DNA of 64,000 bases from Sediminibacterium sp. (GTDB lineage: Bacteria; Bacteroidota; Bacteroidia; Chitinophagales; Chitinophagaceae), in NCBI GenBank assembly GCA_044337245.1, contig JBIINW010000001.1:9528-73527 (forward strand), written 5' to 3'. The notes beneath the pieces are model-generated. The model did no database searches and was not told the DNA's origin. It saw only the letters and a program-made list of their open reading frames with translations. Positions 18,615 through 28,398 of the stretch are shown one piece after another. Positions within the stretch are counted from its first letter, which is position 1, and each line of letters begins with the position of its first letter. A program made the position numbers and the translations under genes.

Positions 18615-19135
18615 GCCACTTGCTGCCAACTTAACCAATCCGCTAATTTTGGAAATGCGATATGAAACCAGGGGGTAAATTCTTGAGGTTGCTGAGTAAT
18701 CAATTCGTGAATTTCATCTACGTATAGATACTTATAGTCTGCTACTTCAGCAGAGTTCGGTTGAACAGGCCCATCGTAGTATCCTACAAATACATGATCA
18801 AATTCGTACTCAGTTAATCCGTTGGAAAAAGTTGCTTTATAAACAAAGTCAAACACTTTTTTCAAAGGGGTAGTAAAGCCCATTTCCTCCTGTAAGCGGC
18901 GAGTGGCAGCAGCAATGGTTTCCTCTTCGGGGCGGGGATGACTACAACAGGTGTTAGTCCACATACCGCCACAGTGATATTTTTCAGCAGCCCTTTGTTG
19001 CAAGAGTAGTTGACCCCGATTATTAAATACAAAAACGCTGAATGCCCGGTGTAACGAAGCGCTGCGATGGGCCTCCATTTTTTCCATGGTGCCGATGGCT
19101 TCATCCCGCTCATTTACCAGTATCAGTTGTTCCAT
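18611..19135 (-). CDS. idi: Isopentenyl-diphosphate delta-isomerase (type 1)
   Basis: HRAFSVF, WTNTCCSHP, RRLQEEMG and EYEFDHVF motifs. Confidence 0.95.
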   Translation of the reverse strand: MEQLILVNERDEAIGTMEKMEAHRSASLHRAFSVFVFNNRGQLLLQQRAAEKYHCGGMWTNTCCSHPRPEEETIAAATRRLQEEMGFTTPLKKVFDFVYKATFSNGLTEYEFDHVFVGYYDGPVQPNSAEVADYKYLYVDEIHELITQQPQEFTPWFHIAFPKLADWLSWQQVA

Positions 19136-19149
19136 CAGTAGTTGCAGGT

Positions 19150-19986
19150 TTAGAGTAAATTCAATTGACTCCGGATGCCGGCCTTGGCCAATATCAGCAT
19201 TTTTCCATGATCGGGAATGCGTATGCGATACTGGAGGATATTTTGTGGGGGAACTTTTTTAATCTTTTTAAATAACGACAAATAGTATTTATACGCTACA
19301 TATACCCCAAAGCGGGCTTTTTCGGGCAATGCGCGTATTCCCAGATAGGCATGATAAAAATCGTTTTGAATATCGCTTTCAATTGCCTCTTTATCCCGCT
19401 GTGAAAAATTATTGAAATCACAGCCTGGAAAATATACCCTTTCTAAACCCTCATAATCTGCTTTTAAATCGCGCAAGAAATTCACTTTCTGAAAAGCAGC
19501 CCCCAAACTGCGGGCAGGTGCTTTGAGAGATTCGTACTGCTCCCGGTTTCCATCACAAAAAACAAACAGGCACATTAAGCCCACCACTTCCGCACTACCG
19601 TATATATATTCTTCGTATCCATTTTGATCGTAAGCCACCCTGTTTAAGTCCATTTCCATGCTATGAAAAAAAGCCTCAATCAGGGCGTGGTCTATTTGAT
19701 ATTGGTTAACCGTTAACTGGAAACTGTGTAAAATTGGGTTTAGACTGATACCCCGACTAATGGCATCATAGGTTTGCTTTTTAAAATCGGCCAGCAAATA
19801 GGCTTTATCCTGGTCGTGAAAAGTGTCTACAATTTCATCTGCCAGGCGAACAAATCCGTAAATATTGAAAATGGGGGTACGCAAATCTTTGTGCAAAATT
19901 TTGATGGCAGACGAAAAACTGGTGCTATACAACTCCGTAGTCAGTTTACTGCACGACTGGCTGAGTTGATGAAATAAGCGTACCAT
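19150..19986 (-). CDS. crtB: Phytoene synthase
   Basis: YGFVRLADEIVD, YIYGSAEVVGLMC and AFQKVNFLRD motifs. Confidence 0.95.
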   Translation of the reverse strand: MVRLFHQLSQSCSKLTTELYSTSFSSAIKILHKDLRTPIFNIYGFVRLADEIVDTFHDQDKAYLLADFKKQTYDAISRGISLNPILHSFQLTVNQYQIDHALIEAFFHSMEMDLNRVAYDQNGYEEYIYGSAEVVGLMCLFVFCDGNREQYESLKAPARSLGAAFQKVNFLRDLKADYEGLERVYFPGCDFNNFSQRDKEAIESDIQNDFYHAYLGIRALPEKARFGVYVAYKYYLSLFKKIKKVPPQNILQYRIRIPDHGKMLILAKAGIRSQLNLL

Positions 19987-20082
19987 ACGAAGGAATTAAG
20001 ATAGAAATTTAATAATTTTTTTTGGAATTGAACAAACCTTTCGAATGATTATCCAAAATCTGGGTGACTATTAGCTATTTAT

Positions 20083-21579
20083 TTATACAAATTGTTTGGT
20101 TATTTCCTTGGCCACAACTTCCCCACTGATTAGGCTGGGAGGCACTCCGGGACCTGGTACGGTAAGTTGACCGGTATAAAAAAGGTTGCTTACTTTTTTA
20201 CTTCGGAGGGATGGTTTTAAAACAGCAGTTTGCAGTAAAGTATTTGCTAACCCATAGGCATTCCCCCTAAAAGCATGGTATTCGCTGATAAAATCACTGG
20301 TGGAGAAGGATTTCTTATAAATGATTGCGTCACGAATAGTTTGTCCCCACCGATTTTCTAATCGGGTTACTACTTCCTGAAAATATCGGTCGCGCAGTTC
20401 TTCGGAGTCGTCGGTTAGGCCTGCTGCCACTGGGATAAGAATGAACAAATTTTCACAACCTTCGGGAGCCGTAGAGGGGTCGGTGGTGGAAGTTACATTC
20501 ACGTAAAAAAGCGGATCAGTTGGCCACTGAAAGCTGGTATATATTTCTTCGCCATGTTTAGCAAAGGAGGTATCGAAGAAAAGTGAGTGATGCTGAACGC
20601 CGGATAATTTTTTATTAAGGCCCACATAATACAATAAACAACCGGGTGCCATTACCCTCGAATTCCAGTAAGCATCGGAATACGATCTGCTGGCAGCGGG
20701 TAGCAAGGCGGTTTCTATATGATGATAATCTGCTCCGCCTATAATTACATCGGCTGTGTGCAAGCCATTGTTAGTTTCTGATGACTGGCTTATTTTGGTG
20801 TGCAGTGCGGTTGCCAATCCGTTGCTCACTTCAATAGAAGTAACTTCTTCATTAAAATGGAAGGTAACGCCTAACTCTACGGCCAGGTTGTACATTCCTT
20901 TTACAATTTGGTACATACCCTTCTCCGGAAACCAAGTGCCGCCCTCTATATCGGCATAGTTCATTAAACTATATAGTGCCGGGGTTTTAGAAGGAAGGGC
21001 ACCCAAAAACAAAACGGGAAATTCCATCAACTCGCGTAAACGGGAATCATTAAAGTACTTGGCTACATGCGACTTCATCGATTTGAATACATCTAAGCGA
21101 AATAAGCCCTTCATTAAATCAACATCCAGAAACTCAGTAAGGGATTGGCCCGGTTTCATTACCAGTTTTTTAATTCCTACCTCGTATTTATAGGCAGCTT
21201 CGGTAAGAAAGGCAGCAAGTTTTTTGCCGGCACCGGGTTCAACGGATTCGAAGAAATCTTGCAAAGCCTCGGTACCTGCGGGAATATCCCATTGACTATC
21301 GGGCCAGAACACCGAATAGGAAGGGTCTAATCTTTTGAGCTGATAATAGTCACTTACTTTTTTGCCGAATAAACGGAAATATCTTTCAAAAACATCCGGC
21401 ATCCAATACCAACTGGGGCCCATGTCGAAAGTAAAGCCGGCAGCTTCCATTTTACGAGCTCTTCCGCCGGGTATCGGATGTTTTTCTAACACAACCACCT
21501 TCCATCCCGCTTTTGCCATAAAACTGGCAGCAGACAAACCAGCGAAGCCGCTACCGATGATAATTACTTTTTTTTGCAA
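20083..21579 (-). CDS. crtI: Phytoene desaturase
   Basis: GSGFAGL, FDMGPSWYWMPDVF and TGQLTVPGPGVPPSLISG motifs; TTG start. Confidence 0.93.
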   Translation of the reverse strand: MQKKVIIIGSGFAGLSAASFMAKAGWKVVVLEKHPIPGGRARKMEAAGFTFDMGPSWYWMPDVFERYFRLFGKKVSDYYQLKRLDPSYSVFWPDSQWDIPAGTEALQDFFESVEPGAGKKLAAFLTEAAYKYEVGIKKLVMKPGQSLTEFLDVDLMKGLFRLDVFKSMKSHVAKYFNDSRLRELMEFPVLFLGALPSKTPALYSLMNYADIEGGTWFPEKGMYQIVKGMYNLAVELGVTFHFNEEVTSIEVSNGLATALHTKISQSSETNNGLHTADVIIGGADYHHIETALLPAASRSYSDAYWNSRVMAPGCLLYYVGLNKKLSGVQHHSLFFDTSFAKHGEEIYTSFQWPTDPLFYVNVTSTTDPSTAPEGCENLFILIPVAAGLTDDSEELRDRYFQEVVTRLENRWGQTIRDAIIYKKSFSTSDFISEYHAFRGNAYGLANTLLQTAVLKPSLRSKKVSNLFYTGQLTVPGPGVPPSLISGEVVAKEITKQFV

Positions 21580-21600
21580 AAGCGATAGTTGAAAAGTTTT

Positions 21601-22101
21601 TTAATGACGGTTGATTTGAGTTTTCAGCAATTTACGGGCAAAATGTATCCTGCTTTTGATAGTTCCCAGCGGCTCTTGTAACATATCTGCAATTTCGTGG
21701 TATTTATAGCCATCGAAATATAATAAGAAAGGATTACGAAAAATTTCCGGCAAATCTTGAATGGCCTGCTGAACCTCTTTCAGATTGATGGTAGCAATTG
21801 CTTCATTGCTAACGGTACCCTGTTGGGTGTTGATTAGAAAATCATTGGGCGTATAATCGAAAATCGTTTGCTGCTTTGCTTTTCTGCGGTAGTTGTTGAT
21901 GAATATATTCCGCATGATGGTATACAACCAGGCTTTGATGTTGGTTCCAACGTTGTACTTGTCTTTATTCGCCAAAGCACGAAACAAAGTTTCTTGATAC
22001 AAATCTTTAGCTGCTTCGTGATCGTGTGTTAACGTGTGCGCGAATGGCTTTAAAAATTCTGCATTGTTTAACAAGAGTCTGTTGAATTCAACTGTTGACA
22101 T
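21601..22101 (-). CDS. ECF RNA polymerase sigma factor
   Basis: Region 2 (DLYQETLFRAL, KAWLYTIMRNIFIN) and region 4 (YHEIADMLQEPLGTIKSRIHFARK); 166 aa. Confidence 0.93.
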   Translation of the reverse strand: MSTVEFNRLLLNNAEFLKPFAHTLTHDHEAAKDLYQETLFRALANKDKYNVGTNIKAWLYTIMRNIFINNYRRKAKQQTIFDYTPNDFLINTQQGTVSNEAIATINLKEVQQAIQDLPEIFRNPFLLYFDGYKYHEIADMLQEPLGTIKSRIHFARKLLKTQINRH

Positions 22102-22127
22102 AGCCCGTTTGTTTAAGTTTTACAAAA

Positions 22128-22135
22128 CAAAGTTA
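22128..22135 (-). promoter_or_regulatory. Bacteroidota -7 box for the ECF sigma/crt operon
   Basis: TAACTTTG on the minus strand, 26 bp upstream of the ATG. A second box, TAAGTTTG, is at 22246-22253. Confidence 0.6.
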
Positions 22136-22350
22136 AACAAAAAACAAATACCAATCATAGTAAAATAAAATATATGTGTTATTTATATATTGATTTACAA
22201 TATTTTAAACATAATAAAATAATTTTTGTTTAAACTGCTGCATATCAAACTTAAACAAATAAATAAAAACATTCGTTCCTTCACATAGGCATATAGCTAA
22301 ATTTCCCTGAATTGGGGAGAAACTACATAATTAAACAAAACAGGGTGCAA

Positions 22351-23241
22351 TTAATCGATTGTACGAGAGATTTGGAAAAAATCCATTACTTCTAGCAGAG
22401 ATTTCTTGATATGGATGCTGGAGGGTACTTTTTTGGCATATTGCTGTGCCAGTAATCCGGAAATCATAATATTCCGATCGGGCATACGGTTATGCGCATT
22501 CAGCAGAAATTTATCGAAATTAAAATTATGGGCTACCGAAGTGAGATGGGTATAGATTACCGGAATATTTTTGGCATTCACGATAAATTCTACATCTTTT
22601 AAGGGAACATTTACTCCTAAATAGTAAACTCTAAATCCACGCGACTTTAATAAGTAGTAAACGAAAAGCAACCCAAGTTCGTGGTATTCGCCTTCCGGAA
22701 GGAATAGTAAAACCGGATTCTTGTTTTCGGGTATGCGCTTAACTCCCTCAATACCTATTATCAGTTTCTGGCGAATGATATTGGTGGCCAGGTGCTCTTG
22801 GGCAGGGTTAACATGATTCGTTATCCATAGCATGCCCACTTTTTCTAAAAAAGGGAAGATAGTTTTTACGATAGCTTTTTCAACACCCTTCGATCTAATA
22901 TGATCGTCGAGCAAAAGTTCAAACTGATCGGGATTCATGTCGCTCATAGCAACAACCAGGTCGTTGATTAATTTTTCCTGTATTGCTTCTGCTTGAGAAA
23001 GCAGGGCAATTTTTTGGTTCATCTCATCGGTAGACATCTTATCGATCCGGGAGATTTTGTAGCCATATTTATTCAGGAGCGCAATATTCAGAATAGCCTT
23101 CAACTCCACATTTGAGTAATGGCGAATATTTGTTTTGGTACGCTGGGGGGTTAACAAACTGTACCGCTGTTCCCAGATACGGATGGTGTGGGCTTTTATA
23201 CCGGATAGATTTTCTAAATCCTTAATGGTAAAGGTATTCAT
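22351..23241 (-). CDS. MerR-family, cobalamin-binding transcriptional regulator (CarH/LitR-like)
   Basis: MerR HTH (FTIKDLENLSGIKAHTIRIWEQRY), W-x9-EH motif (WITNHVNPAQEH) and E-x-H-x-x-G B12 motif (EYHELG). Confidence 0.9.
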   Translation of the reverse strand: MNTFTIKDLENLSGIKAHTIRIWEQRYSLLTPQRTKTNIRHYSNVELKAILNIALLNKYGYKISRIDKMSTDEMNQKIALLSQAEAIQEKLINDLVVAMSDMNPDQFELLLDDHIRSKGVEKAIVKTIFPFLEKVGMLWITNHVNPAQEHLATNIIRQKLIIGIEGVKRIPENKNPVLLFLPEGEYHELGLLFVYYLLKSRGFRVYYLGVNVPLKDVEFIVNAKNIPVIYTHLTSVAHNFNFDKFLLNAHNRMPDRNIMISGLLAQQYAKKVPSSIHIKKSLLEVMDFFQISRTID

Positions 23242-23329
23242 GGCAACTATAACACGCCTTAGGTGAAATTGTTTAGCGATGGGATGAAAAATCTGTCCAC
23301 CCCTATATAACAGCCTGCCTATGAATCAG

Positions 23330-24187
23330 TTACTTTATTTTCTGCAGATACGCCCCATATCCACTCTTGGCATATATGCTCGCAAGTTTCATTAATTGAT
23401 CCCGCTGGATATAGCCCATCCGAAAGGCTACCTCTTCTATACAGCCGATTTTCTGACTTTGCCGCTTTTCAATTACCCGAACAAATTCACTGGCATCGCT
23501 GAGCGAGTCAAAGGTGCCCGTATCCAGCCAGGCTGTTCCCCGGTTCATAATACCCACCTGCAACTTCCCTTGTTCAAGATATACACGGTTTACATCCGTG
23601 ATTTCGTATTCCCCCCTTGGGGAAGGTTGTATGTTTTTAGCAATCTCTACCACCGAATTATCGTAAAAATACAAGCCGGGAACGGCGAAATTAGATTTGG
23701 GTAGTAGTGGTTTTTCTTCAATAGAAATAGCCCGTTGCTCATTATCAAATTCCACCACGCCATATCTTTCGGGATCATTTACTTCATAAGCAAACACAGC
23801 AGCACCTGCTAAATTATTGAACGATTGAACCAACTTACTAAATCCGGCCCCATAAAAAATATTATCCCCTAAAATCAACGCCACCTTATCATTCCCAATA
23901 AAAGATGCTCCAATTACAAATGCTTGGGCCAATCCATTTGGCACTGCCTGCACTGCATAAGAAAAGGAACAACCCAACTCATTACCATCGCCCAATAAAC
24001 GCTGAAACTGGCTACTATCTTCGGGTGTGGTGATGATGAGTATTTCCCGAATACCCGCCAACATCAGCACAGACAAGGGATAATAAATCATCGGCTTATC
24101 GTAAATGGGCATCAACTGTTTACTGATACCCTTAGTGATAGGGTACAATCTTGTACCGGAACCTCCTGCCAGAATAATACCTTTCAT
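23330..24187 (-). CDS. rfbA: Glucose-1-phosphate thymidylyltransferase
   Basis: [31 protein letters not shown] and [10 protein letters not shown] motifs. Confidence 0.96.
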   Translation of the reverse strand: MKGIILAGGSGTRLYPITKGISKQLMPIYDKPMIYYPLSVLMLAGIREILIITTPEDSSQFQRLLGDGNELGCSFSYAVQAVPNGLAQAFVIGASFIGNDKVALILGDNIFYGAGFSKLVQSFNNLAGAAVFAYEVNDPERYGVVEFDNEQRAISIEEKPLLPKSNFAVPGLYFYDNSVVEIAKNIQPSPRGEYEITDVNRVYLEQGKLQVGIMNRGTAWLDTGTFDSLSDASEFVRVIEKRQSQKIGCIEEVAFRMGYIQRDQLMKLASIYAKSGYGAYLQKIK

Positions 24188-24216
24188 GCTGTTTATTTTG
24201 GGGTTACTGTAAATAC

Positions 24217-24792
24217 TTATTGGTGAGGAGTATAAATAAAATCTAAATCGCCGGCAATATCACGTAACAATGGTTGCGCAATATCCTTGGGTGAAAGAAT
24301 TCTATCTGAATCGGGTGTTTGCCAGGGGATGTTAAGGGCTGGGTCTGAATAAAGAATACCAGCATCTGCCGCCTTGTTGTAAAAATTATCGCACTTGTAA
24401 AAAAATACGGCTTGCTCAGATAACACTTCAAATCCATGTGCAAATCCCCGGGGAATAAATAATTGGGTCTGATTGTTTTCTGATAATTCGATGCTAAATG
24501 ATTTTCCATATGTGGGGGAACCCTTACGAATATCTACCGCTACATCCAACACGCTACCCTGCAGCACCCTTACCAATTTGGCTTGTGCATATTCGCCCTG
24601 CTGAAAATGTAAACCCCGAATAACGCCTTTTTGTGAGCTAGACTGATTGTCTTGCACAAAATCAACATCCAATCCGGTTTGTTCCCGAAAAGTATGCCGG
24701 TTAAAGCTTTCAAAAAAATAGCCCCGGTCATCCCCAATCAGGTTATCGTGAATTACATAACAATCTACTAAAGGAGATAATTCTGCCCGCAT
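24217..24792 (-). CDS. rfbC: dTDP-4-dehydrorhamnose 3,5-epimerase
   Basis: [21 protein letters not shown] and PRGFAHGF motifs. Confidence 0.96.
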   Translation of the reverse strand: MRAELSPLVDCYVIHDNLIGDDRGYFFESFNRHTFREQTGLDVDFVQDNQSSSQKGVIRGLHFQQGEYAQAKLVRVLQGSVLDVAVDIRKGSPTYGKSFSIELSENNQTQLFIPRGFAHGFEVLSEQAVFFYKCDNFYNKAADAGILYSDPALNIPWQTPDSDRILSPKDIAQPLLRDIAGDLDFIYTPHQ

Positions 24793-24795
24793 ATA

Positions 24796-25851
24796 CTAAG
24801 CTGGATTATACATTTTTTGATAATAATTTTGATAATCGCCCGAAGTTACCTGCTGAAGCCATTCCGAATTACTCAGGTACCAATCAATGGTTTCACTTAA
24901 GCCCTCTTCAAATGTTACGGAAGGATACCAGCCCAGTTCTCGATTAATTTTATTAGCATCTATTGCATACCGCAAATCATGACCGGGCCGATCTTTTACA
25001 TAGGTAATTAATTGGGCCGACTCGCCAGCGGGTCTTTTCAGCTTCTCATCCATTAACGAGCACAACAACTTAACCAGATCAATATTTTTCCATTCATTAA
25101 AGCCACCAACATTATAAGTTTCGCCAATTTTTCCTTGATGAAAAACCAAATCAATTGCCCGGGCATGGTCTTTCACAAACAACCAATCCCGCGTATATAA
25201 TCCATCCCCATAAACCGGTAATGGTTTTTTGTGGATGATGTTATTAATGAAAAGGGGAATCAATTTCTCCGGAAAATGATAGGGCCCATAATTATTTGAG
25301 CAATTAGAAACTACCGTAGGCAAATGATAGGTTTCGTGATAAGCCCGCACAAAATGATCGGAAGAAGCCTTGCTGGCAGAATAAGGTGAATTGGGAGAAT
25401 AGGGAGTGGTTTCCGTAAATAGTCCTTCTGCACCCAGCGTTCCATACACTTCATCAGTAGAAATATGATAAAACCGATGGGCATCTAGATTGCTTTTCCA
25501 ATTTTCTTTAGCAACGTTCAATAAGTTAACCGTTCCTATCACATTGGTATATACAAAGTCCAGCGGAGAAACGATTGATCGGTCTACATGCGACTCCGCT
25601 GCTAAATGTAATACATCCGTTATACCATGACGCAAAAACACCTCATTCAGGGCTGCCGCATCTAAAATATTCACTTTCTCAAAAAAGTAATTCGTGGCAC
25701 CTGCCACATCTTGCAAATTCGCCAGATTACCGGCATAGGTTAAACAGTCTAGATTAACGATTTTATACCCGGGATATTTGTTTACAAATAGCCTTACCAC
25801 GTGGGACCCGATAAACCCTGCTCCACCGGTAATCAATACATGCTTACTCAT
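24796..25851 (-). CDS. rfbB: dTDP-glucose 4,6-dehydratase
   Basis: [33 protein letters not shown] and [12 protein letters not shown] motifs. Confidence 0.96.
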   Translation of the reverse strand: MSKHVLITGGAGFIGSHVVRLFVNKYPGYKIVNLDCLTYAGNLANLQDVAGATNYFFEKVNILDAAALNEVFLRHGITDVLHLAAESHVDRSIVSPLDFVYTNVIGTVNLLNVAKENWKSNLDAHRFYHISTDEVYGTLGAEGLFTETTPYSPNSPYSASKASSDHFVRAYHETYHLPTVVSNCSNNYGPYHFPEKLIPLFINNIIHKKPLPVYGDGLYTRDWLFVKDHARAIDLVFHQGKIGETYNVGGFNEWKNIDLVKLLCSLMDEKLKRPAGESAQLITYVKDRPGHDLRYAIDANKINRELGWYPSVTFEEGLSETIDWYLSNSEWLQQVTSGDYQNYYQKMYNPA

Positions 25852-25954
25852 ACGTTGATTTTACTGCGCAAAGAAACAATAAAAATAGGAGTTTCCCACT
25901 CCTTACCCCCCAACAGGATGTATTTTAGCAAATAGCTGTAACTTCCTTTTTGAA

Positions 25955-27115
25955 TTGACTCTTATGAATCAACGTTTTTATTCCCTGGATGTTTTCAGGG
26001 GGGCAACCGTTGCCCTGATGATTTTAGTGAATAACCCCGGAACCTGGTCGCATATCTTCGGGCCCTTAACACATGCAGATTGGCATGGCTGTACGCCCAC
26101 CGACCTGGTATTTCCCTTTTTCTTGTTTGCCGTAGGCAATGCCCTAGCTTTTGTAATGCCCGGGATGGAATCTAAAACTACTGGGTTCTTTCTTTCTAAA
26201 GTTGGTAAAAGAGCCTTACTGATTTTTGGAATTGGTATTTTTTTAAACTGGAGTCCTTTTGTAAAATGGGATCACGATAATCTGGTAACCAAATTATGGC
26301 AGAATGTAAGAATCATGGGGGTTTTACAAAGAATTGCCGTGGCCTACCTGTTTGCTGCCCTGTTTGTGTATTTTGCCAAACCCCGCGGATCCTTTGTAGT
26401 AGCCGGCACGCTGCTACTGGTGTATTGGGGATTGTGTTTATCATTAGGCAATCCGGCCGATCCTTTTAGCATCACTGGCTGGTTTGGCACAGAATGGGAC
26501 CTTCGAATATTAGGTTCATCTCACATGTATAAATCGAATGGGATGATTTTTGATCCCGAGGGTTTGGCCAGCACGATACCTGCCATTGCGCAGGTTATTT
26601 TCGGATACCTTACCGGCAACTATATCCGTGAAAAGGGTACTACCTATGAAATGCTGGCGCATATACTGGTAATTGGATTTGTTATGATGGGAACCGGCTA
26701 CGGATGGGATATGGTTTTTCCGGTGAACAAAAAAATATGGACCAGCAGTTATGTGTTATATACCAGCGGGTTAGCGATGATTATCCTAGGTATTTTTATG
26801 TATCTCTTAGACTGGAAAAACTACCAACCTGCGTGGAGTAAATTTTTTACAGTATTCGGCAAGAACCCGCTTTTTATTTTTGTGTTGAGTGGATTTTTAC
26901 CCCGGGTGATGGCATTATTCCGTTGGACAGACCATCTACAACCCGATGGCAAACCCGTATATACTTCATTTTTTCCCTGGCTGTATGAACATATTTTTAA
27001 ACCCATTTCTGCAGATTTACGCACGGGCTCTTTATTATATGCACTTTGTATGATTGCCTTTTATTGGCTGATTGTGTATGTGCTGGATAAAAAGAAAATA
27101 TACATCCGCGTATAA
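25955..27115 (+). CDS. HGSNAT/NagX-like (DUF5009) membrane acyltransferase
   Basis: SLDVFRGATVALMILVN, HADWHGCTPTDLVFPFFLF, GVLQRIA, DPEG and NKKIWTSSY motifs. Start is TTG 25955 or ATG 25964. Confidence 0.85.
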   Translation: MTLMNQRFYSLDVFRGATVALMILVNNPGTWSHIFGPLTHADWHGCTPTDLVFPFFLFAVGNALAFVMPGMESKTTGFFLSKVGKRALLIFGIGIFLNWSPFVKWDHDNLVTKLWQNVRIMGVLQRIAVAYLFAALFVYFAKPRGSFVVAGTLLLVYWGLCLSLGNPADPFSITGWFGTEWDLRILGSSHMYKSNGMIFDPEGLASTIPAIAQVIFGYLTGNYIREKGTTYEMLAHILVIGFVMMGTGYGWDMVFPVNKKIWTSSYVLYTSGLAMIILGIFMYLLDWKNYQPAWSKFFTVFGKNPLFIFVLSGFLPRVMALFRWTDHLQPDGKPVYTSFFPWLYEHIFKPISADLRTGSLLYALCMIAFYWLIVYVLDKKKIYIRV

Positions 27116-27135
27116 GTATAGCACATAAAAGATAA

Positions 27136-27597
27136 TTAAGGTAGCGTACGAATTTTTCGGGCAGGATTACCAGCATATATGCCTGGTTCTGTGATATCCC
27201 TCGTAACAACTGAACCTGCTCCAATAACTACTCGGTCTGTTATAGATACCGGTAAAATGGTTGCGTTGCTTCCAATATTTACGTTATTGCCTATATGGGT
27301 CGGTTTCCAATCTTCCGCTTTACCGGAGGGGCCTCCCCTTTTAAATAAATCGTTTACAAACATTACACCATGGCCAATAAAACAATCATCGCCGATGGTT
27401 ACTTTTTCACAAATAAAACTATGAGATTGCACGCGGCATCTTTTACCAATGATAGCACCCTGCTGAATTTCTACGAACGGCCCTACAAAACTTTTATCGC
27501 CGATACTGCACCCATAGAGATTGCAGGGTTCTACACAGATAACCTCGCTACCAAATTGCACATCTCGTATGCTGGCCTGCCAAAGGGTTGGGTTCAT
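27136..27597 (-). CDS. Hexapeptide-repeat (left-handed beta-helix) acyltransferase
   Basis: Hexapeptide repeats, FIGHGVMFVND, IGSNATIL and GAGSVVTRD...YAGNPAR motifs. Confidence 0.88.
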   Translation of the reverse strand: MNPTLWQASIRDVQFGSEVICVEPCNLYGCSIGDKSFVGPFVEIQQGAIIGKRCRVQSHSFICEKVTIGDDCFIGHGVMFVNDLFKRGGPSGKAEDWKPTHIGNNVNIGSNATILPVSITDRVVIGAGSVVTRDITEPGIYAGNPARKIRTLP

Positions 27598-27634
27598 AAA
27601 CTGTGATTACAGGCCGCATGGATGCGCCAATTAC

Positions 27635-28351
27635 TTAATGGAAGAAATCATTGGCCATTTGTAAGCTTCCGGGCTTGCCTACATCTAAAAACCGGGTACC
27701 CGTATGATCGAACCCGACAATATAATTCAGATTAGCGAGTGACAAATACACATCTACCATAGAAAACTTACCCTTTTGCGGAATCTTTACCAATAGGCTC
27801 GAGTTGATAACATGTATCCCACTAAATGCTTTAGGAATTTGAAATTGCGAGCTTTTTACAATCTTTTCACTAAAGGGTTCTAATTGGCGCCAACCTACCA
27901 GCGACTGCTCCTCATCAAAAAGAAAATGTCGGTTACTCATCCGGTCGGTAACAGCGAGGGTAGCCAGGGCATTCATATCCAGGTGGTGCTGAATCATTTT
28001 CGACAGTTTCAGGTCGGTTAGGATATCAACATTTAAGGCTACAAAATACTCTTCGCCTTCAAAAAAAGGTGCGGCTTTTAACAAGCCCCCGCCGGTATCG
28101 AGCAGTTCATCCGTTTCATCAGAAATGTGAACGGTAGAACCCCAACCCTGATTTTCGGATATTGCCTGAATAATTTGATCGGCAAAATGGTGCACATTCA
28201 CTACCACTTCCCGAATTCCGGCAGCCTGCAAATACTCAATATTGCGTTGCAGCAAAGATTTGCCATTAACTATGGCCAATGCTTTAGGGTGCTCATTGGT
28301 CCAAGGCTTTAACCTGGTACCCAATCCTGCAGCAAATAACATGGCTTTCAT
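27635..28351 (-). CDS. Nucleotidyltransferase, MurU-like (MurNAc-1-P uridylyltransferase family)
   Basis: MKAMLFAAGLGTRLKP, NVHHFADQI, LLDTGGGL and NVDILTD motifs; adjacent to an AmgK-like kinase. Start moved to 28351. Confidence 0.82.
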   Translation of the reverse strand: MKAMLFAAGLGTRLKPWTNEHPKALAIVNGKSLLQRNIEYLQAAGIREVVVNVHHFADQIIQAISENQGWGSTVHISDETDELLDTGGGLLKAAPFFEGEEYFVALNVDILTDLKLSKMIQHHLDMNALATLAVTDRMSNRHFLFDEEQSLVGWRQLEPFSEKIVKSSQFQIPKAFSGIHVINSSLLVKIPQKGKFSMVDVYLSLANLNYIVGFDHTGTRFLDVGKPGSLQMANDFFH

Positions 28352-28398
28352 ACTTGACGAATTAATTGTATACAAACAACACCCAATATACGATTTTT

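Noticed and set aside
23330-25851. rml genes as suppliers for a carotenoid rhamnoside
   Set aside because: No carotenoid glycosyltransferase is in the cluster; adjacency alone is not enough.
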